64,000 bases of DNA, taken from positions 40,711-104,710 of IMG/VR virus record IMGVR_UViG_3300044712_000336; one strand, written 5' to 3'. Source of the stretch: a virus. Below, one piece after another: positions 42,701-50,300 of the stretch. The position numbers and the translations under genes are program-made. Numbering within the stretch: position 1 is the stretch's first letter; every line of letters starts with the position of its first letter. Below the pieces are notes generated by a model that had not been told where the DNA came from, made no database searches, and saw only the letters and a program-made list of their open reading frames with translations.

Positions 42701-43133
42701 ACTTATCACTTTTATCCATTAAATCAATAAGTTCATTATTCCATATATCTTCAGCATTTCCAGTAGCTAATGTTTTTCCTGCACCATATATATAACCTAA
42801 TGTTGATAATGCTTTTAATGGAACAGATGCAGTTCTACTTATAACCATTTTCCATCCTGCATCAATTACACCTTGATTTTCTGCACGTAATTCTTCTTGA
42901 TTATATTCAGCACCAGTAGGATCTTGATATGACATATATGTAGGATCATACTTATTAAAATCATCTAATCCAAAACTACCAACATTACTACCATATTTAA
43001 TACTTTGACGAGTACTTAAATCTGGACTAATAGTAGTCTTAACAGCATTTGGATCATTACGTATCTCTTGTAAATAAGAACTATAAGGGTCTTTTTCAAC
43101 CCTTATAGCATTATCATTTAATTCTTCATTCAT
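27783..43133 (-). CDS. Giant virion RNA polymerase polyprotein (crAss-like two-barrel RNAP) with SF1 helicase-like and zincin protease domains
   Basis: FGFRIPS and catalytic GCDYDVDSLF (30624-30638; compare DFDID of crAss RNAPs); KR...S.G, TDGQ, K.S beta-like motifs; RHEAFH; ANAGTGKTT/IIIDEIGQ/IGDSTQ/YTMLTR. Confidence 0.88.
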   Translation of the reverse strand: MNEELNDNAIRVEKDPYSSYLQEIRNDPNAVKTTISPDLSTRQSIKYGSNVGSFGLDDFNKYDPTYMSYQDPTGAEYNQEELRAENQGVIDAGWKMVISRTASVPLKALSTLGYIYGAGKTLATGNAEDIWNNELIDLMDKSDKYLSENLKVYADADYNKGNILDQLSSAKFYENLLDGVAYSASSMLYGGGVGMIGKAFGATGIGAKALQVLGAAIPQTISEAGQEAKDFYKSAKNSAGLSDDGTWDLSKDNYYTRQYKSDKLKLDEQYKNTLDKLTKQSQGIEGEGLSVDNKKAIQELNDWYNRKLNELSAKTTQELNKNIGKNVYEVYGQNIAALSVSNLIESSLFFGNPLKVKSNTIKELGSKLESDIAKEELLKTASWLNKTKHSIPTGVISEGLYEENIQDAIQNIETKKASNKINDNLITTIGKELNYAVTNWSDIDKQRSVLIGSLVGIGGAGIGAKSEAKEERQDIETTKKIYDNLLKVREGNAFSFIGNVNDLYEYETSTDADGKVTKSLKLDDEGKPVIKMKDRDNGIFNLEFSTLKNKQGVSDGIMSTIVGNVNTIDYIMSDNIANTLFAELTNPLSKSKDDAVNKAITQLSKNIESIEDPELQKYYKDNIDRVKDYARSYEKALQTSSFTEDMLLYNLRKQAGLTSKTEDDKALYNDELIKAYYKLDIQRQSLEHIKNNTNDVQEKEDIQKLIDDKKDALAQLEDVKGRNKVMNEYKAADEALYNNFKEHYFDLEQYYNEDEKNKLSLLEEERTKLEDKDLTKHQLLDLQYKNLRNDVFNRLYKEESTKQTAIEYLAKNSKLDEEILFNNMNNYFKMVNSPLKNKLQPQIDEANKYFYKVGKDYVLYNNIKSSYNNGTKLSNILDMYNDKTLITNTDVNNIEQGFDSLRKEIDGQKLIISDLIEKYRNNNEMFEFNEDTLSDDLDNASSSDFFSNPEGTDIQSTKVELSKLKELEDEYSISEKKRVKLLDGTTSVKYKQEEEYNKYKLPENRYKAFQYDRAMINYNNVNMSLKEWGNSNTGKLSNPDALSVDEDDLQNLVNQLQKLRQDKVLYEYRIDNDLKDNELFKDNDYIPTLENQISKLTEIIKELSKHLDNKIAQQKASLERHITNQVNGLIELSNKGIIPTELKDSFNDIVSETNTVVRQGLLYKFLDELKQYNLTDKVNELLKSKVKSQVEGKDYIHNDPEIGYLLSPNRGLFFVNTILSTPSINAKYNPSGMQPLIPGVSKHVFFPNKGINNPFLKYAQTGNINELLSTIREYVNGGWNKYQIELEGLGFTENSFNANKNRLLKYVETQSEVHELFWINELLHSDFTYKQYIENKAKLSIDKFPTIEQELALEQLSIKLSKPTKTVSLLKANAGTGKTTIVAKQTLLLNNIDGQSDKVLALCKNKEQLDNLQSEANIKNGMLVSDFSKLSEEEKNKYSHIIIDEIGQFSDYDLDDLSLIKNSHLILIGDSTQIGETNINKTLEEPTHTLREATEIQPLNTTMRTAINYISDFASMYQMNDKQVDSGVAKSSTGNDITSSTTGIQVTNNIMNIIDTYNKRKDLMSCAIVVGTEKERQAYLQQLRLPDESKQVVFLPQELVGKTVQAIFIDVQPIEGKTVIYNQLTKKVDYSPYNEIMYTMLTRPTTYALVKLGNGFSNIEERTDINGIKESVNKLEKFNKFLQQNETRYKDSLTTIGSTLGTVIQVTKSGEVITDNSLADTKGSVKLLSVVDSRIRINPDGTFEDLNSLTNRIKKEERKKEFIGKESNDPLVENVDHVEANVVTFEGEEFPLVSENNKVWYVNLNNTSNDFTGNHTFIVAEGNDKTTGQTENTLRVIGIIPNPVEEDILTDKGYNKVKWNKKLNEITFDDNILTNSNINTLSKDIIKTGNIQYANSLSYSYSSEPNQSNDLVNTIIKLIDQYTVGTGMNVVSFRVVIPTKASSEGFKENQYGIPQVEFITDKKAKLSFPLDPRRMTTEDFNNTGKYYQTGLGTSILNNLEQLLSDKGYNQLEFKLGNPVFDSLLSSFKDEFEPIGQIKKGDVLPVQYPSGKESTDFDYERFNVKLDGLLAKYSNITPTDISDDNKKDLYNLFRNAAIEFIPLVATATIKDSHAESVDDFINIVVADLRSNGQIDVSRDFVSEDLGFSKDKGTLNKVKQWNKVQFIEGSTPNQRVNKILADPNVGTIKSDKSLDQIQVEYRDDLTSDEYTTISLAEAIDKVIKYGAGLKRKNDREGTDSRATKSGTLEQQLYKHIRNYPAKVGEFVNGLRTKNDEDLLKYLQDKLDNKFLSNSDIFRLGVLRTIRENIYTSPMYKHEGTGISYRLDNGIVKVDMGNGEETLLKTELDLNSGDMANQLSSIAVTNAVMFNEDGSKTNLRTVQEKGKNKFISFKSILSSNTSYSNYENFIRDIIYENKIPVQNPVTGQLLSEDISIAELKRILGSFNTGTYRGQVVEKKSQQDIAKWLEDQVSNYTNNKGDIMKLIYKKKEELVQEPVTTDLLNKIINNKKLRLPISKDRVDTVFKEPIKLKKNSITGTYNIAEDNSTVKQQLSTIENNLVTHVKRIDQAKIQVRINDNISNVQKEPKKSEEQGVPLEGEQDVPTSSDITDISNTDDSFNIGMFDMSEFDINKGTYITVNEATKLVKQLIPDVKEEELQILTQMMLNDVRGANVYGTLKQGIMYSLQVEGEEGKGTFKEIIRHEAFHKIHTQYMTVKEQEQLAKAFEKEHGYLPYSFNELTEVLANDFMNWNKDHNSIKENWLKRFFNWLSKLFKFTYKNMSSLDTIYRDIEQGKYSHRIIENANVKNSYDLITIQEILGDRDAKGDIVNDGVDNFNKLKQEIFRQAKKLKEQGYTITETYTKDGVQHSRKVIVPVVENNLGNVLHRLFKEGAKQYKLLADKQEDPVKRADFLEKDKLYNMLVKEYEVRNLLGIKEKMTGFDYMMKQIFPVIKQELKTEVKEFTENIETNNDEDSDVQVDDIENVYEDYESTREGLKDEITNPKFTNVENVTALVKHLFSFVPKVKKTSEGQWEEIPNGFVNRKFVFKQMLEVLPHLDTTNIVNMQNQLSDRLSLSAKDNNDVVAIKRFMDKLFNDVQKINPITKHGWYDTNTFVYTTDGTTIDLRNDLSVLRSKDNVKIIELKKNQNIDDLHKEIRVELLKKNINVDYTELFNEFKLKQSLQSLLEITSAIGSYNNLSSSIIEMLYQGGTTTYNNKMQNASGVQRTLVDDIRLNLIERIKDQTDVDNLIKVINNSTNTNFVGNFFKFVGMEHLITNDNGKIMIIDSRVQADIQSKFRDLLVNNTSNDSLKNYGKKVEETDEDGNVSEYTVDMYDVLYKDNDVINAFFALLKPINSRVKDEYSSIVNSKNERVFPSTPSTWAREVLYKVVSLSEVNEDSSYIQKNIPKYWNTHTYSKNPLLKSVIDGTQHVYQAVDHDGNRTKTKNSTYGYDYTQESPSNYLETVFSASFLHHSRLKHRQEVPTYIQYFYTQAHRVNRMGAEMDILDRDKINKYLDGIIDMFIQRHNDNLQDIRNFKNYNKNNDTNFRVFNEAFSKIFEISKQDILNNTESTQKAYKELASNDKIRKQFIDNILNQFANRTERLVNVMIQKEMPIPKDLVSRINPKKLEGLFKIDTIDGKDKFRYLDGSRFKFTREDIQKLNNKKDGKGTTYTKYNNDTKKYEYDPTVLNLPIFKALVNSFYINNYINSYLIENLTAGDANFFNTGENMLKRLQLESSSGRQPLINDEYGMKEYMKVMVGSDIKWKKDDIKKQVEEQLRKNNTNEKLIQEVLNNINDDVTVTDGQTYGLPEYKEELNKGMGLSYGVGNINKTVYSFIGEDGVPLDIKSSIVILTDELCKSNPQLNNLRQSMRNHGALLYTMQSTVKIATPVRKSLYDTQSIMDGDMTVNTDNLIIYDNKGLRVPFNPVHEIDSTTAQPNQILSFLNVLGTNDASADIIYGAVADLMKLGLEKVQKQILDKNGKLDNKKFKQAILSRLEKDDINMSFALLTKDLDMDNVHNFPTLSNKFISSFSSMLEKNVIQQRLKGSKLILQSGAGISRYSMDENKRNLADGLQFSIRKDEITGKTVMNLECLFPKGLLPEVLEDSISKALESGKDIDVLPYADAFGFRIPSSELHSAVALKIKGFYQSVDTNVVVVSPFIVFQHGCDYDVDSLFIITREGIWNYDEDVQKDILNKEEELTKVYEKYKDIEIILKDTDERKDEIKALKGQLKYASSENKLVLQERINELYDEIYSNQQERKGILEDVIDQKQIIMKDISNIKKDAIANNKAKYELLGYKDGKFDNEFNTTGLSSKDKEIYLKNKITENLLDVVTDEKNWVRMTKPISTDPMTDEQIRLWKDNHPEQYKELQKTTLLEMSKEKESKWIKDNMLSKPLNLSDVLDNLDGHQSVFSGKAGVGIVVAYGIKALAHMVRASKDKGLPTITDNKYNIQFNDVIYDKLSQYEYGGKEDVWTIIDALANAALDNVKLQILPNFYLTNSTLLSYIAMLGLGVESQVRNTFITQPAIELYTGVNAKWKNEKMKLSKNIINKRIAELSKGEKVNEIETLTTDMLLKSVNQEVYSFKNGNPIYTSTDIEFLKIQLAVLKQLDKLDNIGTEISKVARLLGVLRDLKTTSADLDKMIDLLNEVFELNDKNELQSKDSFMFDISNILNTLPHFKQALETMMFQDKLIRDNFVINSEVIRKFQNDIFGDGTVAANIEAREESVLPAFEGSKYQKRFRQREEVMRYLYTSLFNYSQEHDYITNDGIILTGEQAFIQHFLDKIRQVKSYYSSNKDKLEMLGYIPTFMNKVSVRPNTYTKEHEVRFNEPTEKTVDITANLHTAFNSLNMFNFNYNQSTGRYELDTSVLNSDSIKTLPKYSEFQTEFIAYMNLKNGNRLGSGGYSLGIPSALYNYNNRDNKWLNDGKKGVSYSKRIEKLSNDILRENIRLDLTVNDFVKQTALINYRNINELIKGKYNIIPNTGNYESPTYGNFDLRISIKGLDKEGKPIDTINKYIKISERDVNGKMVSSIYERLNPSNQIDNYFRKIGKGSTYNTYSLNIGNLIMKSEQQVEQSVPSLDNMNETLVKYNGLEQTVEDVQNTQKLQEEGRIKKPKCD

Positions 43134-43144
43134 TTGTATTTATT

Positions 43145-45214
43145 TTATTTAGTAGGAATATTCCATTGACTTTCCCCTTTAACTGGTATACCTGCATTTT
43201 TATAACCATCTTTAAGATACTGTGTATTTCTAAATGGATCTGCACTATTAACAGAATAATCTACAAAGTCTTTTGATAAAGTTTCTGGTTCACCTTTTGC
43301 ATTCTTAACTATATTTTTACCTGCTTTATCTACTTTTACATACTCTATCTCAAATGGGTTATTTTCATCTAACCTAGCCCCTACATCACTTTCTGAAACT
43401 TTATCACCACTAGGATTCTTCCAATTATATTTCTTTACAGCCATTACATTATATGTAGCAAATTCATTATTACCAATAGGTACTGTTACTTGTTCTATAC
43501 CACTAGCATTTTTAGTAGGATCATAAGCTATCTGATTAATTTTCCATAAACCTTTAGCATATTCATTTTGTTCTTGTGTACTATTTTGTACTATAACCTT
43601 TTGATTCTTTCCATCAGCATCTTTATATGATATATAATAAGCACCAGGTGCTACACTATTATTAACTGCTAATTTACCAACAACTGCTGTTTTTCTAAAA
43701 GCATTTAAAGCCTCTTCTGCATCACTTCCTGTACCACCAAAAGTATATCCCATTTGTTTTACTATATAATCATTTAATGGAATTTTTTTATCACCTTCTC
43801 TAACTACACCATTATTCATTAATAATCCATCTCTCCATACTTTTTGTTCTGGGTCATAATTAGATACTAATCTTGCTCTCATATCTTCTTCTTTTCCTTT
43901 AGTTGGAAAGAACACAACATCATCTTTTTTACTATGAGCCTTTTGAATTTGATTATAATTATTAACACTAAACTTTATAATATCTTCAGCAGTTAAATTA
44001 GGATTCTTATTACTCATATTTAATGCAATCTCTTTTAATTTAGGATTTTTATCAAATTGCATAAATATTTTATTACCAGTTGGATCAGTCTTAAAATAGT
44101 TGCCTGATAACATTTGATTTAATTGACTACCCTTAATTCCTTTATAATTAATTGGTACAGTTTCTTTTTGTATTTGCGTGCCTGTTACTTCACCATATCT
44201 AGGTGTTCCAGGAATAGTCTTATCTCCAATAACAATATCACCTTTTAGTAGATCGTTTGGATCTAATTCTTTATAAGTTTGTCCTTCTAATGGAACTCTA
44301 TACGTTTGTTCTTCTTCTATAATTTTATTAGCTGCATTTACACCAGATTGATAACCTTTACCTGTTTCCTTCATATCTTCATTATGAGTAATATCGTATT
44401 TACCATATATTTTTGCGGCTTCTAATGCTTTATTTTTTATAATATTATTTACATCATATCCAACATTTTGTCCAAATCTCATATATGCTTGAACTTCTGG
44501 ATCTGATTTCATTGCATGTTCTACTATACTTCTTATTTTTTCTTCTGGTCTAATTTCTGTCCCATCACGTAATGTCCATATTTGTTCACCATTAACTATT
44601 TTAACTCTTTGTATATCTCGTTTTTGATCCTCAATATCTCTACCTACTTTTTGCATAAATTCTGTCATCTTTATATTTTGTGGTAAAGTATATTGATTCA
44701 TTAAATTATATGAACCTGTTTGTGGATTATATGATGTACCACCACTAGTCTTAAAATCATTATATAACTTCTGTTTAGCTAACTCCTTCATATCAGAAGG
44801 TAATTCTGATTTATCTAATTGTTCCAATTGTTTTTGATATGTTTCGTAATTCTGTTTAATTATACCAAACTCACCTGTTGGTTTTAACATATCTTGTTTC
44901 CACCTATTTACATTAATTATATCCCTACTTAATCCAGATATATCACCTTCTGTTTTAGCTTCTAAAAACTTATTAAGTAATTCATCTCTTTTCTGTTTAT
45001 ATTGCTGTTGTCCTTGTAATACACGTTGTTCATCAGCAGTCTTACGTATATAAGGGGTACTTATATCATCATCCCTCATGGAATATATTTGAGATTCTGT
45101 TAAATCTTTTTTCTGTTGTTTTTCTTCTAATCTCTTTTGCATAAAATCCAATGGTAATGGAACAAATTTTTCCACTGGATTATGTTCAATACTTTGCCAA
45201 TATCTACTTGCCAT
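43145..45214 (-). CDS. Putative virion cargo/ejection protein
   Basis: Lies between the cargo and RNAP genes; MASRYW...FVPLP N-terminus followed by coiled coil. Confidence 0.55.
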   Translation of the reverse strand: MASRYWQSIEHNPVEKFVPLPLDFMQKRLEEKQQKKDLTESQIYSMRDDDISTPYIRKTADEQRVLQGQQQYKQKRDELLNKFLEAKTEGDISGLSRDIINVNRWKQDMLKPTGEFGIIKQNYETYQKQLEQLDKSELPSDMKELAKQKLYNDFKTSGGTSYNPQTGSYNLMNQYTLPQNIKMTEFMQKVGRDIEDQKRDIQRVKIVNGEQIWTLRDGTEIRPEEKIRSIVEHAMKSDPEVQAYMRFGQNVGYDVNNIIKNKALEAAKIYGKYDITHNEDMKETGKGYQSGVNAANKIIEEEQTYRVPLEGQTYKELDPNDLLKGDIVIGDKTIPGTPRYGEVTGTQIQKETVPINYKGIKGSQLNQMLSGNYFKTDPTGNKIFMQFDKNPKLKEIALNMSNKNPNLTAEDIIKFSVNNYNQIQKAHSKKDDVVFFPTKGKEEDMRARLVSNYDPEQKVWRDGLLMNNGVVREGDKKIPLNDYIVKQMGYTFGGTGSDAEEALNAFRKTAVVGKLAVNNSVAPGAYYISYKDADGKNQKVIVQNSTQEQNEYAKGLWKINQIAYDPTKNASGIEQVTVPIGNNEFATYNVMAVKKYNWKNPSGDKVSESDVGARLDENNPFEIEYVKVDKAGKNIVKNAKGEPETLSKDFVDYSVNSADPFRNTQYLKDGYKNAGIPVKGESQWNIPTK

Positions 45215-45241
45215 ATTAATTATGTTATTTATTTATACTAA

Positions 45242-45279
45242 TAAAGGGTAGTATAATTATTACATCATACTACCCTTTA
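45242..45279. other. Inverted repeat/hairpin between cargo genes
   Basis: TAAAGGGTAGTAT...ATACTACCCTTTA, perfect 13-bp stem. Confidence 0.7.
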
Positions 45280-45282
45280 CAT

Positions 45283-47316
45283 TTATTCTAAGGTTTCTTT
45301 ACCGTTTCTTACTACTAATACTTTTCCATTCGATAATGGAACACTTCTTAATATACCATCACTACCTCTAAACATTGGTATTGTTTTACCTAATGTTGTA
45401 CTAGTATATGGTGTATAATCTTTAGTACCAAACCAACCGGATTTAATTAAATCATCTTGCATCTTGTATTTCATATTTGTTAAATCATTAACTGCAATAC
45501 TTTGAGATGTTTTATCTAATCCTTGTTGTAATATATTCATTGCTTGTGCTTTATTTCTATCATTCAAATCTTGTTCAGTTGCATATATTCCTTGATTGAT
45601 TTGATTTGTTCTAGCACGTTCTGTTGCATTTAAACTTGCTTGTTGATTTGATATTCCTACATTCTGTTGATTTGCTTGTCCATATATATTACTTTCAGCT
45701 TCTGCTTGTGCATTTGCTATACCTAATCGATTATTAAGGTATTGTGCTAATGTTACACCACTATTTTTTAAGTCTTCACTTGCACCTCTATAAGTAGTAC
45801 CAACTTGTTTAATTGCTTGTGTTGGGTCTATTTTATCAAGATTAACTTGTTGTGCTTGTATTCGTCCTAAATTCTCTTTTTCAGGAAATATACTTCCAAT
45901 TAATCCTCTTCCAACATCAAATAAATTACCCATATTTTCAGCAAGGAATTGACCAGTAGGATTACTATTACTTACCTCTTGTATCCCATTATTCCTAACT
46001 GATGAAATATTTCCTTTATTACCTAATACTTGATTAACCCTATTTTGTAGTAATGAGTTACTATTTCCTGTAGATGGAATATTACCAGATATACTTTGTA
46101 ATGGATTAACATTTCCTACTGCATTCTCACGTACACCTGCATTTGTTATATATAATGGATTAGTACTTTGAGTAGCATCTACCATTCCTGGAATACTTTG
46201 TATAGGATTAACCGTATTATTTCTATTAGAAATATTAGTAAATATATCTCTCATATTTTGAGATGATTCTGGTATGTAATCATATCCATTAGGAATAACT
46301 TCATTAAGATCAATCTCACCTTGTTGAGGGGGTCTGAACTTAATTTCGTTTGGATCGTACTCAATACCAAATGCTGCTTTAACTTGTCCCATAAAGTTTT
46401 CCATCATTGTAGGATCTTTAGTAAAGTTTTCCATATTCTTACTATATATAATATCTTTATTTGCATTTATAAGTTTATTCTTTATTTGTTCCTGATATTC
46501 CATTGTAAATGGATCTGCTTTACGTAAATCTGTTTTATGTAATTCTCTCTTATATATATCTGCAATAGTTTTACCAATATACTTATCCTCTATTTGATGT
46601 TTTTGTGCAAGTTCTGGTGTAAGTGTTGCGTTATCACTAAGTACAAACTTTTTTCCATCATTAGTATTAACACTAACCTCATCTTTTTCAACCTCTATTC
46701 CTGTATTACCTAAAGGTATTCCACCATCTTCGTGTTTATATCCTTTAAATACTGTTGTTCCTTCAGGTGTATTATTTATATCATTATGTAAATTCTTATC
46801 AAAGAATCCTCTTGGATATGTCCCACCAGTATCATATTTATTTTTACCATATACTCGTGATGATAACATTTCCATTATATTTACATCTCCACCAGCAGGA
46901 TAACCACCATCTCTTAATAATCTTGCATCTTGTGGTTGTGGGTTTAACTTTGATCTTAACTGTTCCATCATCATTTGATGGTTCGCTTTATCTTGATCAT
47001 TAGCTTTAACCTGTGTTTCCACTTGTGATTGCATTTGTGATAGTGGTAATCCAGTTGCAGTTCCAGCAACCGATACAGTTGCTTTACCCATTACATCCTG
47101 TGTTTTATCCATTATATTATTATATCCTGAAAAGAATTTAGTGTTAAAATCTTCTTTCCCGTATATTGGATCTTTACCAACTATTCCTAATACTGGGTTA
47201 GTTGTAGCATTAACAAATGTTTTACCAATATCCTTTATAAATCCACCAAAGGATAACTCTATATTATCCTCATCAACTTGTCTTATATTTTTACTTACCT
47301 TTTTCTTATCTTTCAT
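45283..47316 (-). CDS. Putative capsid cargo protein (crAss001 gp45-like position)
   Basis: Follows the muzzle gene. G.KHEDGGIP...EVEKDEV...VLSD motif; low-complexity middle; Q/N/A-rich helical C-terminal part. Confidence 0.6.
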   Translation of the reverse strand: MKDKKKVSKNIRQVDEDNIELSFGGFIKDIGKTFVNATTNPVLGIVGKDPIYGKEDFNTKFFSGYNNIMDKTQDVMGKATVSVAGTATGLPLSQMQSQVETQVKANDQDKANHQMMMEQLRSKLNPQPQDARLLRDGGYPAGGDVNIMEMLSSRVYGKNKYDTGGTYPRGFFDKNLHNDINNTPEGTTVFKGYKHEDGGIPLGNTGIEVEKDEVSVNTNDGKKFVLSDNATLTPELAQKHQIEDKYIGKTIADIYKRELHKTDLRKADPFTMEYQEQIKNKLINANKDIIYSKNMENFTKDPTMMENFMGQVKAAFGIEYDPNEIKFRPPQQGEIDLNEVIPNGYDYIPESSQNMRDIFTNISNRNNTVNPIQSIPGMVDATQSTNPLYITNAGVRENAVGNVNPLQSISGNIPSTGNSNSLLQNRVNQVLGNKGNISSVRNNGIQEVSNSNPTGQFLAENMGNLFDVGRGLIGSIFPEKENLGRIQAQQVNLDKIDPTQAIKQVGTTYRGASEDLKNSGVTLAQYLNNRLGIANAQAEAESNIYGQANQQNVGISNQQASLNATERARTNQINQGIYATEQDLNDRNKAQAMNILQQGLDKTSQSIAVNDLTNMKYKMQDDLIKSGWFGTKDYTPYTSTTLGKTIPMFRGSDGILRSVPLSNGKVLVVRNGKETLE

Positions 47317-47339
47317 TGTAATGAATTTGATTAATTTTA

Positions 47340-47370
47340 CAAATTTAATTATTAATTATGTAATATCAAA
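47340..47370 (-). promoter_or_regulatory. Bacteroidota primary-sigma promoter upstream of the cargo/RNAP cluster
   Basis: On the - strand: TTTG (47370-47367), 19-nt spacer, TAAATTTG (47347-47340), 24 nt before the ATG at 47316. Confidence 0.65.
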
Positions 47371-47378
47371 ATTCTATG

Positions 47379-50300
47379 TTATACTCTTTCATAATTAGTG
47401 CGTATATCATGTAACATTAGTTTCTTTGTTCCATCATTGACAAATACAAATCTAATCTTTACATAAAAATCACGAAGTCTATTATGTTTAGTTATAATAG
47501 TATCAACATTATTAATTAAATCTCTCTCAGTATAACTATATGTACGAGGCATCATTGTAGACCAATTTCGCACAGTTCTTCTACAATTATATAAATTATA
47601 AGTTTCCCAATTTATATGATCATTTGATGGAATAGTTGTGTTACTATTTTTTAGTGATATATAGTTATTTCCATTATATGTAACAACTTCATATTTATTA
47701 TATGTTCCTGCACTATATGATAGAAATGTAGGAATATTAAATCCTTCATCATACTCAATATCATTATCATTTTGTATAGGATATAATTTTATTAATTCTG
47801 ACTGTTGGTAAGTATTCTCACCTTGTATATAATGTAAACTTTCATTTATAATATCTTGACTATTACTAGTTACTTCACATAACCATTCAACATTATTAAA
47901 CTCTAGTATATCATTTCCACCTACATTAACTATAATTTCTAATATTAAATTATCATAAGAAGTACTATTATAAAATTTACCAAAATATCCTATATTGTGT
48001 AACCATAATCTATTATTGTATGAATTATTCTTAGTATTAACATTAAGGTATGTAAATAATGATTGATTATTCTTAATGTATATATCTGGATATATCGTTT
48101 GAAATCCTTCAAATTCTTGTAATAATTCACTATATAGTAATGTAAATTCATTAGGATATTTTACATAATCTCTTATATCAATTAAATCCCCATCGTTTAT
48201 TGTAGATGTTCCTGTAACATCATATATTTTAATATAATATCTTCCTATATCTGTAACCAAATAATCTTTTCCATTAATGGAATATGTATTACCTACAAAA
48301 AATGTAGTATTCTCATAAGTATCTTTATTTGTAAATGTATCTTTTACAATAGAACCATTATCAAATAGTAATTTATAATATCTTGGCTCAGCATCTAATT
48401 TATCTACTAATGCTACGTAATTTGGATATGTATTTTTTACAGATAAAAATACTGTATTATTATAATATATTCCATGTAACCATGAGTAATTATCTATGGA
48501 TTCCTTAAATATAGATGATACAAGTTTATTATCCCCATAACTTTCAAATCCAGTCGGTGATATTCTATATAGTTTTTTCCTATATACATCTATCCAAAAT
48601 AAAGATGATGGTGTCTTTACTATTTGACTTTTTAATATACATCCTATTTCTGTAGATAAATAATCAAATCTATCTAATACACCACCTTTACCTAATACAA
48701 TAGTTGTACCACTAGAACCAGTTGTTAATTCTTGTCTATTTATGGAACATAATGATATAGCATTGGTTTGGAAACAATATACTTGATTATTTAATTCTTG
48801 TAAATGTGATATTTCACCATAATTACCTATTACGGAATTATTATTATTAGTTCTAAAACTTAACCAACTATCTTTAATTTCATTGTCATATTTAAAATCA
48901 CTATATTTAATTTCAGATGGTTTAACTATTACATTTAGTACGGTAGATGGTTTAGGAATAGATATATTAGTATTATTTACTCTTGAGTATGCTGAATTAT
49001 ATTTATACAAATTGTCTTCAGATACCCAATAGTAATCTGTACTACTATACCTATCTAATATATCTGCGCTAGGTGATGGAACACTTTGATTTAATGCTCT
49101 ACTGTTAGTATTTATATCTTGTCTATATATTAAATTAAATGATGTTTCTAATGGTATATATACCCAATCTTGTGTAGGCTCACCATGACCTAACCCATCT
49201 GACCATAAAGTTCTTAAACATTCATAATAACATATATATGTATCACCATAGTAACAAGTGGTTGTTATAGGATTTGTATTATTTATAAACTGAATCTCAC
49301 TTGCAGGAATATATGTATTTGTTTGTCTAGCAATATAAGTATATCCACCATAAGGATATATTTTTTTTCTTATATTAAACATACCCCAATCAGTAGATCC
49401 TGCATCCCAATTACTATTTACATTTACTATAATAGATGTTCCTCTAATACCGGCCCATCCACCACTTCTATTATCATCTGATTCATTTACATAAGCTATT
49501 TGACTTAATCCATTTATTACAGTATATTGTAATGGTTTTAATTTTTGCATATCTGATATAGTTTTTCTTTCTATACCACTATTTAAAGCGGTTATGTTTC
49601 TATATTTAACTGTTCTTGCTCTTTCAGCATAAGGTGCTTGTACAGAAGTATAATCTGACCTTAAATATTTACCTATTAAATCTATCCTATCAGCTACATT
49701 AAAACTATTACTAAATGTTACATAAGGAGTTAATATATCAACAGTAGGTTGTGTTTTTAATACATCTAAATGCCCATCATCAGGATAGTCAATATTAGCA
49801 ATAGCGTTATATCTTCCAACACTTGAATTATAATATAAAGCTAATCCTAATCCTTGTGCTACTACAGTTTTATCCCATTCTTCTCTTTTTACATATACTA
49901 TTTGAAATGCTATTGCTGATGTAGGAAAATTACTTACTGTAAATATTGGACACATTGTATTTGCATAAGTTGTATTTATAGACCTATTTATAATATTTCT
50001 ATCATATAAATTAGGCATACGTATATCACCTATCCATTTAACAAATGATTGTTGCATTTTCTTATTAAAGAACACTATACCAAATCTATATATCTCATCT
50101 CGTTGGAAATTACGTTTAATACCTAATACCCAATCTTTATCACTAGATGATTTTGATTGAGATAATGATCTTTTAAATAAATCACTTCCATCATCATTAT
50201 CTAAATTATAAGATTCATAAGTATTAAAATTATAAGATATATTAACACCAGTACCACCAATGGTTGACCCATTTATTTGGTATTTATATACATAGTTAGA

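Noticed and set aside
27783-43133. Intein or intron explaining the RNAP gene size
   Set aside because: No recognisable splicing-junction or LAGLIDADG/HNH motifs by eye, and the frame is uninterrupted.
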